A stretch of DNA of 64,000 nucleotides from Candidatus Nanoarchaeia archaeon (GTDB lineage Archaea; Nanobdellota; Nanobdellia; Woesearchaeales; ARS49). The translations under genes and the position numbers were made by a program. How positions within the stretch are numbered: the stretch's first letter is position 1; every line of letters starts with the position of its first letter. Shown here piece by piece: positions 42,702-50,733 of this stretch. A model generated the notes under the pieces. It had not been told where the DNA came from. It made no database searches and saw only the letters and a program-made list of their open reading frames with translations. The stretch covers positions 80,872-144,871 of the forward strand of contig JBGPOY010000002.1 of the NCBI GenBank assembly GCA_041488275.1, given 5' to 3'.

Positions 42702-44888
42702 GTGATGAGGAAAGGACAGCTAACCATATTCATCATTATTGGCTTGGTCATCGTTGTTGCGGTGGGCACGGTCATCTTTCTCAACGCACGGCTCGCCAAT
42801 CCCGCGTACACGCTCCCGCAGGCGGAGAAAGTCGCGGAGCAGGCGCAGCCGGTCCAGGACTACATCAACAACTGCATCGACATCGTCGCCCGCAGAGGAT
42901 TGCAGGAAATCGGCGACCACGGCGGCTATCTCTCCGTCAAAGACATCCCTGACGCAAAGCTCAATCCGTCCGACCCGACGGAAGGCGACGTCCTGTTCCT
43001 TTCTCCCGACAGCACGTACGGCGTGCCGTACTGGTGGTCCATGACGTCCAAGAACGACTGTACCGGCGGCTGCGCGTTCGCGAGCAAGCGACCGGCGCTT
43101 ACCGCCCGCCAAGGCAGTCCGAGCATCGAAGGGCAGCTCGCGCAGTACGTCAAGGACAATCTCGACACCTGTCTCAAGAGTTTTGAAAGCTTCTCCGCCG
43201 ACGGCATCAACGTCCAGCAGCAGACCGACAGCGAAGTGAAGGCCATCGTCACCGACGACAGCGTCGTGGTCGCGGTCACGCAGCAGTTCGACGCTTCATC
43301 GACCGCAGGACGCAATTCGCTCCACCAGTTTGTCGTCACGCTTCCGGTTCACCTGAAAGACATCTACAATCTCGCAACCAACATTACGGTGCTTGAATCA
43401 GAAAACGCGTTCCTCGCCAAGCACGCGCGCGACCTCATCTCCGTCTACGGACGCACGGACAGCGACGCTCTCCCGCCGGTGGGCAGTGTCGAGTTTGAGC
43501 TCGGTCCGGGCACCGTCTGGGTCAAGAACACCGTGCAGCAGCGCATTCAGCAGCTGTTGCAGGACGATGTTCCCCTGCTCCAAGTCTTCGGCACGCGCAA
43601 CTACCGTCCGATTGAAGTGCAGGGCGCCGTCACGAACAAGGACACCGTCTTCAACGCGCTCAACCGCAACGCGCTTATCCCCGAACTCAAGGCTTTCCCG
43701 AACGTCGAGGCGCGCTTCGCCTACCTTCCGGCGTGGAAACCGTACTTCGACCTCAACTGCAACGGACAAGTCTGCAGACCGGAAAGCATGATCAACTCAT
43801 TCGGATTCCTTTTCGGTGTGCAGCGCTACAATTTCGCGTATGATCTCAGCTATCCCGTGATGGTCGAGCTCTCGGACCCGGACGCGTACAACGGCAACGG
43901 ATACTCGTTCCGGTTCGCCCTCGAAGGCAACCTGCGCAACAACGCGCCCGTGACCGCAGATTGGAGCGCGCTCGACGTCCCGCAGCCCGCCGAGACGACG
44001 AGTCTGCTGTGCGATGAAGCGCAGCGGTCTTCCGGATTGGTCAACATCACGCTTACCGATAGCGTCTCACGCAAGCCGGTTGACGGAGGCGTCCTGTTCC
44101 GGTGCGGAGCCGAGGGATGCGTCGTCGGGCAGACAACCGACGGCAAACTCAGCACCCGCCTTCCGCGCTGCATCGGCGGCAGGATTTCAGGAGTGCAGAC
44201 GGACTACGTTTCCGACATTGCGGACATCCAGACGGGCACGGACGACAGCCAGCGCGTTGACGTGGTCATGCATCCGGTGGTCGCACTCAACGTTTCCGCA
44301 GAAAAGTTCCGCCTCCGCAAAGACCCTGTCTCGCAGAGCTGGAATTTCGACGACACGCCCGCGCCTTTCGGCATGTACGACCAGGCGCTCATCACGATGG
44401 TGCGCAAATCCGACTACGACCAGGAACAGTTCAGCACGTTCGCGTCAGTCTGCGGCAATGTACTTGTCAAAGGCGCCGAGCTCAGCAAGGACATCCGCTT
44501 CACGGCGGGAAACTACTCCGTCACGATTTCAACGCTCTACCACGCGAACCTGACGATTCCCGCGGACCGCAGGCACTACACGATTCATCATCTTTTGAGC
44601 ACCGAGACGAAATATTATTACGTTCCTGAGAACCCGATTTTCTTCGGCAACAACACGGACAACCCGTGCGTTTCCGAACGACCGTTCCCGTCTGGGCTGA
44701 TGCAGTTCAACTGGGAAATCACGCCCGCCATGCTGAGCCGCGCGCGTTCGGTGCTGTTCAAGACCGTCGTCATCGGCGCGGAAATCCCCGGCACGGTGCT
44801 CAAGATTGAAGACCTCGACCAGTTGCGCGCCACGCAGGCGTACTTCGACAGCGAGCGCGACCTGATGACTCCCGAGGTGCGCCCGTGA
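42702..44888 (+). CDS. Large protein with class III (type IV pilin-like) signal peptide; module component A1
   Basis: MRKG|QLTIFIIIGLVIVVAVG. Paralogous to 50734-52671 (QPV, GGYL, VPxW, NLxxCL, FxYDxxYPV, DPxAxxGxGxxFxFA, TRLP). Confidence 0.8.
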   Translation: MMRKGQLTIFIIIGLVIVVAVGTVIFLNARLANPAYTLPQAEKVAEQAQPVQDYINNCIDIVARRGLQEIGDHGGYLSVKDIPDAKLNPSDPTEGDVLFLSPDSTYGVPYWWSMTSKNDCTGGCAFASKRPALTARQGSPSIEGQLAQYVKDNLDTCLKSFESFSADGINVQQQTDSEVKAIVTDDSVVVAVTQQFDASSTAGRNSLHQFVVTLPVHLKDIYNLATNITVLESENAFLAKHARDLISVYGRTDSDALPPVGSVEFELGPGTVWVKNTVQQRIQQLLQDDVPLLQVFGTRNYRPIEVQGAVTNKDTVFNALNRNALIPELKAFPNVEARFAYLPAWKPYFDLNCNGQVCRPESMINSFGFLFGVQRYNFAYDLSYPVMVELSDPDAYNGNGYSFRFALEGNLRNNAPVTADWSALDVPQPAETTSLLCDEAQRSSGLVNITLTDSVSRKPVDGGVLFRCGAEGCVVGQTTDGKLSTRLPRCIGGRISGVQTDYVSDIADIQTGTDDSQRVDVVMHPVVALNVSAEKFRLRKDPVSQSWNFDDTPAPFGMYDQALITMVRKSDYDQEQFSTFASVCGNVLVKGAELSKDIRFTAGNYSVTISTLYHANLTIPADRRHYTIHHLLSTETKYYYVPENPIFFGNNTDNPCVSERPFPSGLMQFNWEITPAMLSRARSVLFKTVVIGAEIPGTVLKIEDLDQLRATQAYFDSERDLMTPEVRP

Positions 44889-47857
44889 AAAAGTTCTTTG
44901 CGGTGTTGTTCATTGCCCTCCTCGCGTCGATGCCGATTGCGTTCGCGCAGTCGCTCAACATCCAGCAGTTTGCGGGCAGGGACAACGTGCGGAACGTCGC
45001 CCAGCCGACGGACACGCTGGTCATCAAGGCGCTGGTCAGCATTCCCGGCGATGACACCATCACCAACGACCAAGTGCGGCTTACGACGAGCAGCGGCATC
45101 ACCTACCTGTTTGATTCCTGCGGTCAGCAGGGCGCGACCGCGACGTGCACGCTCCGGTATGACCTCGTCGGCGAAGGCGGCACCGATTCCTACGCCATCT
45201 CGCTCTTTGACGACGACAACAAGGAAGTCACCAGCGACGTCGAAGTGCTCACCAACGACTTCATCGACCCCGCGCTCACGTCATTCTCCGTCGACCCGTC
45301 GGTGCTCGGCACCGGCCCCACGACCGTGACGTACGCCGCAGAAGACTACGCGTTCTCGCCCGGCGACACGAGCGCGTGCGCCGGCGTCGGTAAAATCAAT
45401 CTCTACGAAGGCGGAACATCGGGAACGCCGACCGCGACGATTCCGGGCGGCGCCGACTGCACGTTCTCGGGCACGTTCCAGTACGCGGCTCACAACTCGG
45501 GGAACATCAACTTCTGCGCGCAGGCCGTTGACCGCCTGAACCGCAAGAGCCTTCCGATGTGCACCAATCTTTCCGTCGACAAGAGCCCGCCGCAGTTCAC
45601 CGGCTTCCGAGTCACGACCAAGGACGGCTTTGCCGTGCACGCCATTCCTCCGGACGGCATTCTCTCGGACGTCGCGGTCACCCTCAACGAGCAATCGCTC
45701 GACGTGAACAGCGTCCGCGCCGATTTCAACACGCTCACGCAGGACGGACAGCACGGTGACACGTCACCGCAGGAAATCGGCTCCGGAACTTCTCGCGAGG
45801 TCATCTTCCACGACATTCCCGTCAACAAGGTCAGCCCGTGCGAGTTCACCGTCAAGGCGGCTGACGTTTTCGGCAACATCGCTTCCCAGAAGTTCACGTG
45901 CGCCATCGTGCAGGACACCAGCCCGCCGCAGGCGCTGGGCGCAACGACCGGCTACACATCCGCCGACGGCACCGTTTTGCTGGGCATCCAAGGCGTGCTG
46001 ACGGTTCGATTCAGCGAGGCGTCGATGGAACGCGCGAACGCCTACCTCGACGCCACGCCTCTCGGGCTGGGCTCAAACCGCAAGGCCGAAACGTGCGTGC
46101 AGTCCGGCAGCGAATGGGACTGCCAATGGCACCTGCCGGGAAGCGTTCCGGCGGGGCGTTATGCGGTCACCATCCAGAGCAACACCGCCGACGACTTGGG
46201 CAACCAACTCGGCACGGCGGCTTCCTATTCCATCGACTTTGACCGCGACCCGCCGCGCATTATTTCAGGGCCCTCATTCCAGGCGTTCCACCCTGCGGTC
46301 GATTACGGCACGCAGGTCGTGAACGGTGACACGATTGAACTCTCGTACAATGTTTCCGGCGGTACAAGCGCGGTCGGCAACTTCAGCCAAATCGGCGGCG
46401 GGCAGACCGCGGGCCTGTGCGACTCGGAGCTGTGCACGTTCTCGGCGCAAATCCAGCAGTCCGGCGGTTACACTGCAAAACTGCCCCTGACCTTCTTCGA
46501 CGACGCGGGCAACTTCGTGACCGCCGTCTACAATCTCACGGTGTACAGCGTCCTCAACGAAACCGACCCGCACTGGTGGGGCAATCCGGTCGTGGACTGC
46601 TCGCCGAGCGTCGTGGACCGCAGTTCAGCGGCGCTCATCAACCACCAAGTGTACTGCCACATCAAACTGCACTCGTACGACCCGAAGGCGGACATCGTCG
46701 CGACCTCGATTGTTCCGGGCGAATGCACGGGCAACCTGCAGTCTAGTATCGCGGACGTCTCGCTGGTCAACAACGGCTTCCTCAGCAAGGACCCGTATAT
46801 GCGCGTGCTGCTCGCGACGCGCGAGTATCCCGAACAAACGCTCAACATCACGTGCCCCATCTATATCCTGACCAAGATTGGCAACGGGTTTACGCAGTTC
46901 CCCGAAAAGGAGAACGTCACGATGCGCGTGTCGTTCGGTACCTCCGCGATGGGTTCGTTGGGCGCAGGGCTCGACGACAAAATCAACAACGCGGTCGCCA
47001 GTGCCGACGGATTGAGCAAGTGGCTCGACACCGCCGTCAAATTCCTCGACTTCGGCAACAAGGTCTGCACGCTCCGAAACCTCCTCGTGGACGTCATGGG
47101 TGCGTTTGAAGTCGTGCACGCCGTGCTCACGGCGGTGGCAACGGCTGCACCTCTCGCGGAAGGAGTGCGTGCGGCGTGGTGCGGAACCAAGTCGAGCTAT
47201 GAAGGCACGTTCGGCGGCATTGACAAAATGCTTGCGCCCTTCTGCGGATTTCTGAACTGCAAGGGCATCGCTGGTGGATTGCTCGGCGACTTTAACTACG
47301 GCGGGCTCACGGCAGGACAGGGCGCGGCGGGAGAATCGGGACAGCTTCCCGCGATTATCGACCCCAAGCAAAGCTTTGTCTGGAGCGCGCTCACGCTCTG
47401 CGTGCCCGGCTTGATTTACAACGTCGACAAATACCGCCAGATTCAGTGCCGATACGCGACGTGCCTGCTCCGCGACGTCAAAAAGAACGGCGTTCCCGTA
47501 AGCGTGTGTGACGACGAGAAATCGTACCTGACCTGCAATTACTTCTGGGGTCAGGCGTTCAACGCAATCCCCTTCGCCAACATCGTGCAGTACGGCATCA
47601 ACCTCGTCAAGGAAGTCCTCGCAAACCCGTTCGCGGCGCTTACTCTTGCGATTAGCGTCGTGTGTCCGGCGACCTGCCCCAGCGGCACGCTGAACATCGG
47701 CTGCGCGTTCGCCAAAGTCTTTGAAGTCGTCGGCAGAGTCATCGGCGACGTGCAGAGCATCAAGGGTCCGGGCTTCTTCAAGCTTGGTCAGGGACCGTGC
47801 AATGATTTGAAGCAGGCGAAATCCGAAGCCGCAGCGCCGGCGGCGGGTGCGGCATGA
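44885..47857 (+). CDS. Large secreted Ig-like repeat protein with Cys-rich hydrophobic helical C-terminal core; component B1
   Basis: Sec signal MKKFFAVLFIALLASMPIAFA|Q, DxxPP Ig-type linkers, many Cys, amphipathic helices. GTGA-coupled to A1. Confidence 0.8.
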   Translation: MKKFFAVLFIALLASMPIAFAQSLNIQQFAGRDNVRNVAQPTDTLVIKALVSIPGDDTITNDQVRLTTSSGITYLFDSCGQQGATATCTLRYDLVGEGGTDSYAISLFDDDNKEVTSDVEVLTNDFIDPALTSFSVDPSVLGTGPTTVTYAAEDYAFSPGDTSACAGVGKINLYEGGTSGTPTATIPGGADCTFSGTFQYAAHNSGNINFCAQAVDRLNRKSLPMCTNLSVDKSPPQFTGFRVTTKDGFAVHAIPPDGILSDVAVTLNEQSLDVNSVRADFNTLTQDGQHGDTSPQEIGSGTSREVIFHDIPVNKVSPCEFTVKAADVFGNIASQKFTCAIVQDTSPPQALGATTGYTSADGTVLLGIQGVLTVRFSEASMERANAYLDATPLGLGSNRKAETCVQSGSEWDCQWHLPGSVPAGRYAVTIQSNTADDLGNQLGTAASYSIDFDRDPPRIISGPSFQAFHPAVDYGTQVVNGDTIELSYNVSGGTSAVGNFSQIGGGQTAGLCDSELCTFSAQIQQSGGYTAKLPLTFFDDAGNFVTAVYNLTVYSVLNETDPHWWGNPVVDCSPSVVDRSSAALINHQVYCHIKLHSYDPKADIVATSIVPGECTGNLQSSIADVSLVNNGFLSKDPYMRVLLATREYPEQTLNITCPIYILTKIGNGFTQFPEKENVTMRVSFGTSAMGSLGAGLDDKINNAVASADGLSKWLDTAVKFLDFGNKVCTLRNLLVDVMGAFEVVHAVLTAVATAAPLAEGVRAAWCGTKSSYEGTFGGIDKMLAPFCGFLNCKGIAGGLLGDFNYGGLTAGQGAAGESGQLPAIIDPKQSFVWSALTLCVPGLIYNVDKYRQIQCRYATCLLRDVKKNGVPVSVCDDEKSYLTCNYFWGQAFNAIPFANIVQYGINLVKEVLANPFAALTLAISVVCPATCPSGTLNIGCAFAKVFEVVGRVIGDVQSIKGPGFFKLGQGPCNDLKQAKSEAAAPAAGAA

Positions 47858-49890
47858 CGCGCGCGAAACTGCTGACCTTGTTGTTGCTCACGCTGTTCAT
47901 TCTTTCCTCAGTGCCGGCGTTCGCGGACTTGTACGTCGCGCCGCCCGCGGCAGCGCCCGGCACGCCCGCCGCGTCGGCAGGCGGCACGCCCTCGGCGTTG
48001 ACGCCGACCAGCTCCGCGGCGCCGAAAGTCTACTACGCGTTCAAGACGCAGGACGGACGGCAGGGAGTCTGGGACGCGCCCAGCGGGACGGCGTCCGCGC
48101 AAGTGCTGCAGCAAGTGCAATCGCAGTTCGGGGGAGCGAGCCTCATCTTCCCGACGCCGATTGCGAAATCGCTCGCGGATTTCAAGAAGGCGCACCCGAG
48201 CGCGGAATTCGGCGCGTACGGAGAAGGCACCGCGCAAAACACGCGCTACCTCAATCTCGGTCCGCTCTTCCTCGACCAGGATCCGGTGACGGGCGAAGTC
48301 AGGACGCTCGTGAAAATCGGCAACATCCAGTACGAGTACAGCGGCGTCGTCAGCCAGCTCGGCGTCCAGACGGACCTGAAGACCGGCGCGCAAACGCTGA
48401 CGTACGCCAACAAACCGGTCAATCCGAACGTCGACGACAATGGCAAGCTCTACTTTGAAGTCATTGACGCAAAAGGCGCGGCGACGGGAGAAAGCATTCA
48501 GCCCATTCCGCAGGGCGCGATTGATTTCGCGCCGAACGGCGAGCGGCAGATTCTCGACTCCAAAAACAACGTGCTCGGCACGTTTAGCATTGCAGAATGG
48601 CAGAGCGGCGGTTTCGAAAGCAAGCAAGACACGCTCGTTGCGGCGGCGGCGCAGCTTTCCGCGCAGGGAGCGTCATTGCAGGGCGCAAAGCTCGTCAACG
48701 GACAGTTTGTCTATCATTCAACGCTCGGCAAGGACGTGGTCGTCAGCGGCGACGCCCTGACCGTGACGCGCGGAACGCTCACGACGGACGGCAGCGGCAT
48801 CGACACGACGAAAGACTACCAGACGACGACGTTTGGCGATAAAGGGCAAGTCGCCGAGCGCGTGGTAAAGTCAGGCGACACCACGACAACGTACACGTTC
48901 ACCAAGGAACGCTGGACTATTAACGACAATCAGGGCGAGCTGCAGTCATTGACGGTGCTCCGAAAACCCGACGGAAGCCTTGTCGGCGCCGAGGTCTCGT
49001 CCGGACTTTACTATAACCCCGAGAGCGGCAAATACTTCGATGTAGCCGGCAAAGAACTGGCCGGCAAGGACCTGGACAAGGCGCTCGAGAACAACGAAGG
49101 CGCGGCAACAAACGTCAAGCTGGCGGACGCGGGCCAGGAACAGCTGCTCGCGGCGCAGCCCGGCTTGTGGTCGCAATTGCTGACCGGCGACAACATCGGC
49201 GGTATGCTCAAACAGCTCGCTTCGGGATACGAAGAATGGCGCGGCATCGGCGCGTACGGCTCCCTGTTCATCGGCAATCAGCAGCTCGCTGAACGCCGCC
49301 AAAGAATCAACGACGCGTTCTGCAGCGTCGGACTCGGCATTGACTGCATCACCGAAAAGATTTGTGAAGGCTACAGCGACCGGACGTCCGGCGCCAACAC
49401 GATAGTGACCGTCGTGCCCGGACAAGCCGTGCACGCTGCCGCTCATCTCGAGGCGGAAAAATCCGAAACCACCTACGTCCAAAACGCGTCAGGCTCGTAC
49501 GCCGTGAGTTTGTACCATGTGACATTCTACGCTTCCAGCCCCGACGACGCAAACGACGTCCAGCTCACCTTTTATTACGAGGGCGGAACGTATAACTGGT
49601 ATCCTGCTCCGGGACAGCACATCGAAAAAGGAGGTTCGGTCAGCGCGCAGGGCAACGGCGCCATCGTGAAGTACAGTCCTCGAGAGTACACGCAGGTGTG
49701 CATCATCCTTGCGCAAGGAATCAGGACCGGCACGGGTGGAAGCGCGAGCAGGCTGTGCGTTCCGATTGTCGCGAGCGGCATCTCGCCCAGCGGAGTGGCG
49801 CCCGCGGCGGCGCAGAACGCGTCGTCAACATCGTCGGGAGGAGGCAGTTCGCCCGCGGCTCCGACGTCGATTCCCGGCGGCGGATTCTGA
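47854..49890 (+). CDS. Secreted beta-rich protein with Cys-containing C-terminal domain; component C
   Basis: Signal MTRAKLLTLLLLTLFILSSVPAFA|D, A/P linker, beta-rich body, CSVGLGIDCITEKIC. ATGA-coupled. Confidence 0.75.
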   Translation: MTRAKLLTLLLLTLFILSSVPAFADLYVAPPAAAPGTPAASAGGTPSALTPTSSAAPKVYYAFKTQDGRQGVWDAPSGTASAQVLQQVQSQFGGASLIFPTPIAKSLADFKKAHPSAEFGAYGEGTAQNTRYLNLGPLFLDQDPVTGEVRTLVKIGNIQYEYSGVVSQLGVQTDLKTGAQTLTYANKPVNPNVDDNGKLYFEVIDAKGAATGESIQPIPQGAIDFAPNGERQILDSKNNVLGTFSIAEWQSGGFESKQDTLVAAAAQLSAQGASLQGAKLVNGQFVYHSTLGKDVVVSGDALTVTRGTLTTDGSGIDTTKDYQTTTFGDKGQVAERVVKSGDTTTTYTFTKERWTINDNQGELQSLTVLRKPDGSLVGAEVSSGLYYNPESGKYFDVAGKELAGKDLDKALENNEGAATNVKLADAGQEQLLAAQPGLWSQLLTGDNIGGMLKQLASGYEEWRGIGAYGSLFIGNQQLAERRQRINDAFCSVGLGIDCITEKICEGYSDRTSGANTIVTVVPGQAVHAAAHLEAEKSETTYVQNASGSYAVSLYHVTFYASSPDDANDVQLTFYYEGGTYNWYPAPGQHIEKGGSVSAQGNGAIVKYSPREYTQVCIILAQGIRTGTGGSASRLCVPIVASGISPSGVAPAAAQNASSTSSGGGSSPAAPTSIPGGGF

Positions 49891-50642
49891 TGCCGTATTG
49901 GAAGAGCGTCGGAAAGGTCTTCCTCGACGCGTTTCGTCTTGACATCCGATTTGTATTCGTGCTCGTCTATGATATTCTGTTCTTTCTTTTGCTTGCCGGC
50001 GTCGGCGTTCTTGGCGGCAAAGCGCTGGGAAGCATTGCCTCGGGATTCACCGGCATTAACACATCGATCATCACTGCGGAAACCGCCGCGGCGGTTAAGT
50101 CATTTTTCGTCACCAGCATTGCAGCGATTCTGGGATTTCTTGCGCTTGTCTTTATCATTTACGCAGTCTTGCAGGCGCTCGCGTGGGCGACCATTATCCA
50201 ACGCCGCCCGACGATAAAGTACCTCGTGCAGTTTTTCCTGCTCAACTTCGGCTGGCTTATAGGTTGGACTGCCGTCGGCTGGTTTTTCACCGCGGGACTG
50301 CAGGGCGGATACGTGACTGCGGGCGTCATCGTGCTCGCCATCCTGTTCACGCATCTTACGTTCGTGATGCAGCACGCGTTCGTGTTCGAGAACAAGGGCA
50401 TCAAGGCGTCGATGGGGCGCGCATTCTCGCTCGGGCTGGGCGGCATCCATCGGTTTATCGTTCCGTACCTGCTTGCGGCGGCGGTTTTCTTCATCTGGGC
50501 GCAGCTTTGGCGCCTCGTGCCGGTCCAAACTCCTTCGGGGTTCGCGTTCGCGGCGCTCGCGTGCATCATTTTCGCTCCTTTCTTGGCATGGCTGAAGTTC
50601 TACCTGCACGCGCTGTTGCAATCGTTCGCTCACACTGCCTGA
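49890..50642 (+). CDS. Polytopic membrane protein (about 6 TM); component D1
   Basis: ATG at 49890 overlaps the TGA of C. Motifs YDILFF and LQALAW are shared with 59093-59902. Confidence 0.75.
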   Translation: MPYWKSVGKVFLDAFRLDIRFVFVLVYDILFFLLLAGVGVLGGKALGSIASGFTGINTSIITAETAAAVKSFFVTSIAAILGFLALVFIIYAVLQALAWATIIQRRPTIKYLVQFFLLNFGWLIGWTAVGWFFTAGLQGGYVTAGVIVLAILFTHLTFVMQHAFVFENKGIKASMGRAFSLGLGGIHRFIVPYLLAAAVFFIWAQLWRLVPVQTPSGFAFAALACIIFAPFLAWLKFYLHALLQSFAHTA

Positions 50643-50664
50643 ACAGTATATATAGAGTGGAGAA

Positions 50665-50675
50665 CAACATTTATA
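50665..50675 (+). promoter_or_regulatory. BRE/TATA-like promoter of module 2 (CAACATTTATA)
   Basis: Identical to 42653-42663. Both copies have ATATAG 9-10 nt upstream. Confidence 0.6.
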
Positions 50676-50733
50676 AAGCGTGAAAGCCGCGCGTAGGTAA
50701 AGTAATTCGAGTACTTGAAAAAGTGGTGAGTTC

